Below are positions 54,900 to 64,000 of a stretch of DNA of 64,000 bases, piece after piece. Source of the DNA: Octopus vulgaris (Eukaryota). The notes under the pieces were generated by a model. It had not been told where the DNA came from and searched no databases. It was given only the letters and a program-made list of their open reading frames with translations. The stretch lies in the NCBI GenBank assembly GCA_951406725.2, contig OX597822.1:80166001-80230000 (forward strand), read 5' to 3'. The position numbers and the translations under genes are program-made. Within the stretch, counting starts at the first letter, position 1. Each line of letters begins with the position of its first letter.

Positions 54900-55640
54900 G
54901 TGTTTTAATCATATTCAAAGGTGATCTCGAACATGCACCGAATAAGTTCGTTGCCGACTTTTGCGTCTGAGACATTGGTCCGCTCAAGGAATTTTCCTCA
55001 GTGTAATTTGCATGCTAGCGGAATATTATTTAATCAAGTGGGGAAAATTAAGTATCTCGGAGCTGTATTCATGAGGTATGGGACACCCGAGATTGAATTA
55101 GATACTAGAATTGCAGCTGCTGGGAAAATGATGCACCAGCACCAGCACCAGCATTCAATCCTTAAAAGTGGAGGGGTTGGTGAAAAAGCCAAACTTGCTA
55201 CCTTCAGTTCGGTTTTAGTGTCTCTCGTCACCTACAGTAATAAATACCGTGTAATGACCAAAACTGAACGATTGCGAATGCAAGAAGGCGAAACGGGGCT
55301 CATCCAAAGTATCTCTGGAGTAAGGATACCCGAAAGGATGCGTCGCTCGGAATTCAGGAAGCTTCCTAGTTCAAGCTGCTACTTCTCCTCTTTGAGAGGT
55401 CACAATTCCGTTATTACATTTATGTGTCACAGGAAAGGATCACGTGACGGATTCTTCAAGCTGAGACAAATGGCTGCAGGTCTAGAGATGAGCCCCAAAA
55501 TGAGATGATTGGGTAATATCCATAGTCTAATTTGGTCGCATTTAGAATTCGTGCCGAAGAGTTTAAGGAGGTTTACTTCTGGTCGGACTCTATGGAGGAG
55601 GTGCCGAAGGATTCTAACTCTATGATGCACCCAAGAATAG
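54900..55640 (+). mobile_element. RTE LINE fragment (decayed)
   Basis: VGKIKYLGAVF..EIELDTRIAAAG..KAKLATFSSVLVSLVTY. Confidence 0.75.
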
Positions 55641-55675
55641 TGGGCGGAGACAGATGGAAATACATACATATATAC

Positions 55676-55726
<51 letters not shown>

Positions 55727-56289
55727 TGTGTGTGTGTGTGTGTGTGTGTGTGCGTGCGCGCGTGCGTGCGAGTGTGTGTGTGTTTGTGTGCGAGTGTGTG
55801 TGTATGCACATGCGTATGTACATAAAAATGGATCTCATCTGTGAACTAAAAACATCAATACGTATATACACAGATTAATTATGCAAAACAGATCGTATAA
55901 TAGAAAATTTAAAATTCAGATGCAGCTGTTTCTATATTATTTAAACCATAAAACTTGCTGCGCAAAGTAATGAGACTTAAACGAATGTTTATATTTTTAC
56001 GTGGGCACAAAAAATGGGATCATTCTGACAAGGTACATGTTTATTTTGAGACACATCAAAGAAGAGTCACTCTCATTTTCTGCTCATGAAATGTTCCAAC
56101 GCAAAACCAGGAATCAGGTGCAATGATTTCTTTAATTTGTATGATCATACATTCATTGCCAGCGTTTGAAATTCTTTTCACTACGACTCTTTTAAAATAT
56201 TAGAATGAAATCTAAGTTAAAACATTGATTGGCGTAATACATACATGCATGCATACATACATACATACATACATACATACATACATACA

Positions 56290-56325
<36 letters not shown>

Positions 56326-57335
56326 TATGTCTACATATACATACATACACATCTACATATACATATATATGTGTGTCTATGTGTATGTGTGTGCGTACGT
56401 GCGTGTGTGTGTGTGTGTGTGTATTATCTTACATGACAAATCCCTTGGTTATCCACGTTGCAAGTGTGAGCAGCTCTTACCCCTGTCTACTCGTTTGCTC
56501 TCCGTTCAACCTACATTGAATGATGAAGCGAGCGAAAACAAAAGAAAATACCAATGTCTTCTGTCCATGCGGAGATATAAACATTTTCTACATGGCACGA
56601 TGAGTCTTGTTATTGAAAATCTGCATTGTGTGTATGTATATGCGTGTGTGTGTATGTGCGTGTGTGTGTGATAGAGGTGAAGGGAGAGGGTCTCTGTATG
56701 TATATTTATTTGTACATATGTGTATATATATATTGTTATATAAATGTACATACACACCCTCACCCACACATATTTATGCATATAGTTATATACATGATGC
56801 ATATATAGATATATATATACATATACGTACCTACAGATATATATAGATATATATATATATATACATATACGTACCTACAGTGTGTAACTTATGTATATAT
56901 AATGCTAAAGAAAAAAAAGAAAAACATCGCTGACGCTATTATTATAGTTTTATCTCACTCAAAATTCTATATCTGACATTTATATGTAATTCTCAATTTT
57001 TTTTATTTTCAAAATGGCGTCAGAATTCTATGTGTTTTCTTGACGCCATTTTTTCAAGTGAAATTTTTGCGATATATGTTTTTATCGCCATCATACCTTT
57101 TCTCAAAATATATCTCAGCTTACTTATGTTATGGATGCATCTTAGCAAATATATATTCTATTCAAATATTCGCGGTACATTAGATATGTGTATTCAATAT
57201 TTTATTATCGACAGTGAAAAAAGGAAAAAGGATGAAAAATTAGGTTGAAATTTTTATTGTCCAAATCATAGGAATAGAAAATTTGAATATAAGGGGAAAA
57301 AAGTACACACAACACGCACTCACACATATATGTGT

Positions 57336-57409
<74 letters not shown>

Positions 57410-57708
57410 GTATGCATATATACACATACACATATATATATACGTACATACAAACACACACATATACACACACACGCACACACAAACACGCACACACACA
57501 CACATATACATTTACATATATGTAAATTGGCTCTTACAAATAATTTTAGGAATACATTTATTGTAATTCGAAGTAAATAAAAAATCGCCATTTAGGAAAA
57601 TTTGAGAAGGCAAAGCGAGTTCATGTTCTCTCCTTCTATCTCTGTCTCTCTCTCTCTCTATCTATATATCTGTCTGTCTGTCTGTTTCTCTATTTATCTA
57701 TGTATCTG

Positions 57709-57761
<53 letters not shown>

Positions 57762-58256
57762 TTATATATATGTATATGTAATCAGATATATATAATCATC
57801 CATAACATAAGTAAACACATATACATAAATATGTATATATGTAGGTATGTATGTATGTATGTATATGTACATGCTTCGTTTCATAGTTTAGTTTATATAA
57901 AAGTAATCGTTTGAGTAATAATACGCTACCATGCAATCGATGACAAGCATTAGTGTCAATTAGAAAGGAGATGACACAGCCCGATATCAGAAGCAGGAAG
58001 ATGAAGTAGACATATACACACTCACACACCTATATACATACATACATAATACATACATAAATACATACATACATACATACATAAATGCATACTTACATAC
58101 ATGCATTCACACACACACACACACATATATATATATAAATACAACACACACATAAGTGCATAAGCGTATCTATAAATGAGTGTATGCATGATTAAGACTG
58201 TTATACGTGCAGATAGTTATATGGTGTGGAATTATGTATGCCAGTTGCAGTATGTA

Positions 58257-58354
<98 letters not shown>

Positions 58355-58430
58355 ATCTATCTATCTATCTCTATATATAACTTAGTATTCAACTATTTCT
58401 ATATATGTATCCCCCTCTCTCTCTCCCCCA

Positions 58431-58481
<51 letters not shown>

Positions 58482-58573
58482 ATACAGTGGAAAAGAAGGT
58501 ATGTTGGGGGTGTATCGCTAAATTTGTTTTTATTTATTTCCAAACGTATTGTTCCCATTGATATATACGTAGC

Positions 58574-58628
<55 letters not shown>

Positions 58629-58635
58629 GGTTTAA

Positions 58636-58669
<34 letters not shown>

Positions 58670-59383
58670 GTTTGTGTTTATATATGCATTTATATCTATA
58701 TAAATATATATATATATAATGTTTATGTTCATATATATATATATAATTGCATATATTGTATACATGTATAAAAATTGCATAGAAGCACAAACACACACAC
58801 GCACACACACACATATATACATAGATACGCGCATATGTACAATTTTATATGTTCGCATCCATATCGGGAAATAGATTGATAAAAACGTAGAAGCCTAAAT
58901 CGATAGATAGAATTTGGATAGTTACAAATTTATACTGATAGCTGTTTTAGAGGTGCAGAAAGAAGAAAAAACATCCTGCATAAGCAGATATGTATGAAGA
59001 TTTCTCGACTATCAGATATATAAGGGGAGAGACAACCAAAAACATTGGTAAATACATAATAGAACGGGAAAAAATAAGTACAATTGAGAATATGATACGA
59101 ACGCTCATTCTCTCATACCTACAAACCAATAATCACTTTGACGCATACACACACACTTAAAACATGCTTTTACATTTATTCACAGATCCTGCACACCAGC
59201 ATAGGCATATACCTCATGTACCGGTGTGGGATATCTGACTGTGTGATATACACATACATCCACAAAAATAAAAAAAAACACACGCATACATATAAATGCA
59301 TATAACTTATCACGGACACATAAAGATTGCAATACGCATGGATTGGATTTCATTGAAATGAATAATGAACTTCCTAAACTGAA

Positions 59384-59433
<50 letters not shown>

Positions 59434-59709
59434 GTGTGTGTGTGTGTATGTGTGTGTGTGTGTGTGTGTGTATGTGTGTGTGTGTGCGTGAGTGTGTGTG
59501 TGTGCGTGTGTGTGTGTGTATGTATATATATATATATATGTATATATAAGCATGTATACATTTATATAGACATATTTATATATATAGATAAATGTGTATA
59601 TATATGTATATATGCATGTATATATTTATATATATTTACATGTACATATACATGTATACATGCATATATATATATATTCATATGCATGTATATCTATCAA
59701 TCTACATAC

Positions 59710-59758
<49 letters not shown>

Positions 59759-59910
59759 TTGATAGATAGATATTGGCATATAGATGTATACATTTATCCT
59801 TGATCATGTGATACTGGGGCAATGATGGAATAAAATGTTCTCAATTGAGACAATCGAATTTATTTATTCAATCTCCTCGTAATTTTGATAATTCAGGAAG
59901 AATCACTCAC

Positions 59911-60061
59911 CTCTTCTTCTGGGGAAAGTCCAGACCTGCTGATGATAGTAGCAGAAGATGACTTTAGCGTGACACAGCTGATTTACATAATGACATAAAG
60001 TTGACCACGCGACAGTCATCACTGCAGCAAGCACAACGGACTTGTAAATGTACTGAGTCAT
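59911..60061 (-). CDS. Candidate first coding exon of a possibly secreted protein
   Basis: ATG at 60061, open for 50 codons + 1 nt into a consensus AG|GTGAGT donor: MTQYIYKSVVLAAVMTVAWSTLCHYVNQLCHAKVIFCYYHQQVWTFPRRR. TATA-like element near 60225. Confidence 0.35.
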
Positions 60062-61956
60062 CCTCGCATGAATTTCATTCTCGCTATGAAATTAGGCCAT
60101 TGAAGGACTTTTGTCGATAAGTTCGATTGAAGATTCAGCGGCCAGATTTCAATACTTCATTGCCCGTCAGAGCACCACACTTTCAGGTACTGTCGAATAA
60201 TAGTAAAGTTACCACGTTTTTAGATATATAGTGATAAGAGTTTGTATATTATATATTTATTTATTCCTAATCCACACCATATCGGGACTCGAGTGACTAA
60301 TGTTATTTTCTGTGACATAATATTAGTAAAGCTTTCTTTGCAGATATTAAAATGTAATAGAGAGAAAGAAGCACATTGATTTTCTGCTGTCTTTCACTCG
60401 TTTCAGTCACTGGACGGCAGCCATTCTGAAGTACCACCATGAAGGGTTTTAGTCGAACAAATTGGCCCACTTGCTTATTTTCTCGGCTTCTTTCGCCGAA
60501 CCGCAAGCTTATGAAGACGTAAGCAAAGCAACATCGGTTTCCGAGCGCTGTGAGAGGACATATACATGCACAAAACCACAAACACATACCTACCTACCCA
60601 TATACATAGATACATAATACATACATACATACATACCCATCAATCTACCTTTCTACCGACATACATACTTATAAATATATATATATATATGTGTATGTGG
60701 GTGTGTGTGTGTGTGTGCGCGCGCGTATCTGTGTGCCTGTGTGTCGGTTTTCCTCATACTTTCCCTCTATCAAACTCAAGCATATATACATACACAGACA
60801 CAAACACAAGAACATACTCACACACACGCACACACACACACACACATACACACATACACACACACACACACTATGCACATCGCCATAGAAAACCCTAACA
60901 ATGAATAAAAGCAATTTCAAAGAGAATGAAAATAAAAAGAGAATGACTAAAAATAAAACTCGAGTTTCTTTATTAATGAGCAAATAAATTAATTTGCCAT
61001 CTGTACTCCATCAGTGAGGTCGTTAAAATTAATATATAATTATACTGCTACTACGTAACGAAAACAAACATGCGTGCCGCATACGTATAAATTATATTTT
61101 CAAATCCACCGCGCAAGTGCAGTTATATTCGGCAGCAAATAATAAAATTAAAACTGCGTACCAGTAATGCTTTGTAATTACGAACATTTTATGAATGAGA
61201 AAATAAATTATTTGTATTTCGTGTATAAATACATAATGGCTTGCACACCATTATATATGAAAATATGTTGTCTATTGACTTTATTACGCATACCAACCAC
61301 CGGTATGAAAACTTTTTCTACATTTTCTACCCTTATTATTTTTTGTTCTTCTAGCGCTCTTAGAATCTTTCCTCGTGTAGGCCAGCATTATGGCCCTCAT
61401 TGTCTGTTTTTTTGTTTGTTTTATTTCTTGTACTATATTTTTCGTACTTGTAATTTTATTCTGTATTTTTATTTTTTGTATTTTTATTTTGTATTTTATT
61501 TTGTAATTTTATTTGTATCGTTTTTTTGTCACATGTTTAACTTCCCTTGTTTTTACCCCTCTGCGAAGTAATTTTATTTAATTCCTTCGCAGGAAGGACT
61601 AGTTCCACGAGTCGTGTTCTGTCCAACCTTCGAAACACGCTAGAGTTGAACTAGGGACAGCTGATGAAGGGGATTTTTCCTTGTGTAGTTTGTTTTGTAC
61701 TCTGTTTTTTTTTCGTTTAGGTCCGTTTCCACGTTTGTTTTACGTTTTCGTTTCTCGTTGAGTTCTATGTCTATATGTGGTGTCCTGTACTCACGTATAT
61801 ATATTTATATATGCATGTATATATACATGTAGATATAGGTACGTACATATATGTATGTATGCATATATTTTATTTATTACACTTTTGTATGACTGGGCGC
61901 CCTCGCGTCGATTCGATTCGTTTTCGTTTCGTTTCATCTCCTCCAAATAAATTTTG

Positions 61957-61994
<38 letters not shown>

Positions 61995-62030
61995 TCAGGG
62001 TGAGTACTTGATAATTGTAAGTAGTTGTGT

Positions 62031-62108
62031 GCGGCTGAAGAAGGCCATAGACACACACTATGCATTGTTATAAATCCGTCTAATAAAGGCCCGAAACATA
62101 TGTACCGC
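62031..62108 (+). ncRNA. Type-I hammerhead ribozyme within a short (TA)n-flanked element
   Basis: GCGG-CTGAAGA-AGGCC..GGCCC-GAAAC-ATAT-GTA-CCGC. Confidence 0.75.
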
Positions 62109-62138
62109 TGAATCCTTAGCATCATGTTTTTATTTTGA

Positions 62139-62199
<61 letters not shown>

Positions 62200-62216
62200 A
62201 TATACGTATGTATGTT

Positions 62217-62259
<43 letters not shown>

Positions 62260-62797
62260 TGTGAAAATAATAAGGGTAGAAAATTTAGAAAAATCACGAA
62301 AAAGAGTATTCATGAGTACGCCAACTATAACACTAAAAGAAACAAAAAACGAAGTAATTACTCTCAAACTCGAATTTCGCTATAAATTGCCAAATAAACT
62401 AATTTGGAATCTGAAGTTCGTCACCGGAATCGCTAATTAATGAATAATTATGTAGTTGCAAATATGTACCTAAAACACTTGCGCAAGATAACTACATCTT
62501 TAACAATTTAAGAGTTCGAACTTAATGCTGGAGTGTAAATATATAGTCTCGCATTAAATAAAGAAATTTAAAACTGTGTCCTATATAGACACAGATTGAA
62601 AAATATTTCTATGGTAGATACCCCTGCTATGTGTTGCGCTAATGGAACTGAGCTAAGCCGAGCTGAACTGAGCCGAACCGAGCTGAGCCGAGCCAAGTTG
62701 CTGCCGCCATTAATCTATTTCCATTTCGATTCCATATTTTTTACCATTCCTTCGTCCCTATCTGTACGTGGTCGTCAGTAGTAGTAGCAATTACCGA

Positions 62798-62960
62798 AAC
62801 CCGGGACGGGAGATAACTCAGTTCGTCCCTCGATGAAGAGCGCGGCTATCCGCGTAAACTGATGCAAATTGCAGGACTCAGTGAATATCGACACCTCGAA
62901 CGTACATTGCGGCCCAGGGATCCCATCATTCCGGGGACTCGTCCTGTTCGAAAGCAGTCA
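62798..62960 (+). rRNA. Divergent 5.8S rRNA copy
   Basis: TCGATGAAGAGCGC, AATTGCAGGAC, TCGAACGTACATTGCGGCC match 5.8S hallmarks. Confidence 0.85.
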
Positions 62961-63444
62961 CGATACGAAAACGCTGTCGCCGTTGACTGCGGCGTAGAGT
63001 CGGGAGTCGCAGACAAGAGCGTGAGCCGGAGAAGCGCGGAAGGAACGTGAATTCCTCATCTTTCTCTCTCGCTCCTTCTACTTCTTCCATCCCGACTAGC
63101 GCACGCGCCGCTTGATCCTCCGTCTCCCGCCATGCCAGACCGTCATTGTTGCGAAGCGCTGCGACGGTCATGCCGTCCGCCCCGAATCGTACAGCTGACA
63201 CTTCACGGAGCCCGACAGCGGCTGCGAGTCGTTGGATCCTTCCACCTTGTGAACACCAACAGTACAGCGGAAGCGAGAACGTAACACGTCTTCACTCGCG
63301 TCGCCGGCGCCGGTGCCTCCAGGTGCCGTTTTCGAGGTGTGCGTGGCACCTCGAAGCATCGTTTCCGGGTCATGTCTGCGCGTTCGCAACCGTGTTTCTG
63401 CGTGTCGTCACTTTCCCGCCCCGACTCAGGTGTAGCAGGCGGCT

Positions 63445-63585
63445 TGGGACCCGAAAGATGACGACCCACGCCCGATCGGGACGAAGCCAGTGGAAACTCT
63501 GGTGGAAGTTCGAAGCGCCTCTAACGTGAAAGTCGATCGTCGGAATCGGGTGTAGGGGCGAAATACCAATCGAGCCGTCTAGTAA

Positions 63586-63620
<35 letters not shown>

Positions 63621-64000
63621 CGCCAGCGGGAGAAAGACAGGCAATTCCGAATGACTGGAGGCCCCGGGGACGTTGAGGGCCTCAATTTAATCTCGAACAG
63701 GCGAAATGGGCCGCTCCTTTCCCGATCGGAATCGGCCGTATATCTCAGCCATTACGACGCGACGAATGCACGGTGCCACTTTTGGTAAGCAGAACTGGTG
63801 ATGTGGGATGGACCGAATGTCTGGCTATGGAACCCTACGCTTCGGCATTAGATCCCCGAAATGGTGTCGGTCGATATAGACAGCAGGACGGTGGATACGG
63901 ATGTCGAAATTCGCTCAGGAGTGTGTAACAACTTACCTGCCGAATCGACCGGCCTCGAAAATGGATGGCGCTGGAGCAAGCGTCCGATGCCGGTGAAAGG
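63445..64000 (+). rRNA. Divergent 28S rRNA (domain II) fragment, probably orphan or pseudogene; runs off the window
   Basis: CCGAAAGATG, TAGGGGCGAAA, TGGTTCCCTCCGAAGTTTCCCTCAGGATAGC, GCCACTTTTGGTAAGCAGAACTGG, AAAATGGATGGCGCT. Confidence 0.9.

Noticed and set aside
62645-62695. GAGCT/GAACT/GAGCC pentamers resembling immunoglobulin switch repeats
   Set aside because: Only ~10 units; a simple satellite with no relevant context.
62862-63529. GC-rich ORFs near the right end
   Set aside because: They overlap rDNA-derived sequence and are non-coding.

Overview
AT-rich, microsatellite-saturated animal genomic DNA. The SINE content suggests an octopus or related coleoid cephalopod (inference). No intact protein-coding gene is evident, and nearly all ORF-track entries are translated simple repeats. 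The window is a mosaic of retroelement relics (near full-length CR1-group LINE, R4/Dong-type RLE LINEs, RTE, Tx1/L1-like, Penelope-like GIY-YIG), several tRNA-derived SINE families, DNA-transposon MITEs (mariner, hAT, Tigger-like, Helitron/Helentron) and a decayed mariner transposase. One candidate first coding exon lies on the minus strand near 60 kb, and a divergent orphan 5.8S+28S rDNA segment lies at the right end. The most interesting signal is a set of unrelated non-coding elements lying in or beside (TA)n/(TG)n tracts that carry minimal type-I hammerhead ribozymes. One is a ~363-nt retrozyme-like monomer present as greater-than-unit-length, circularly permuted, head-to-head copies. Two apparent LINE-SINE tail-sharing partnerships are also visible. 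Coordinates were read by eye; ends of decayed elements are approximate and family names need database confirmation.
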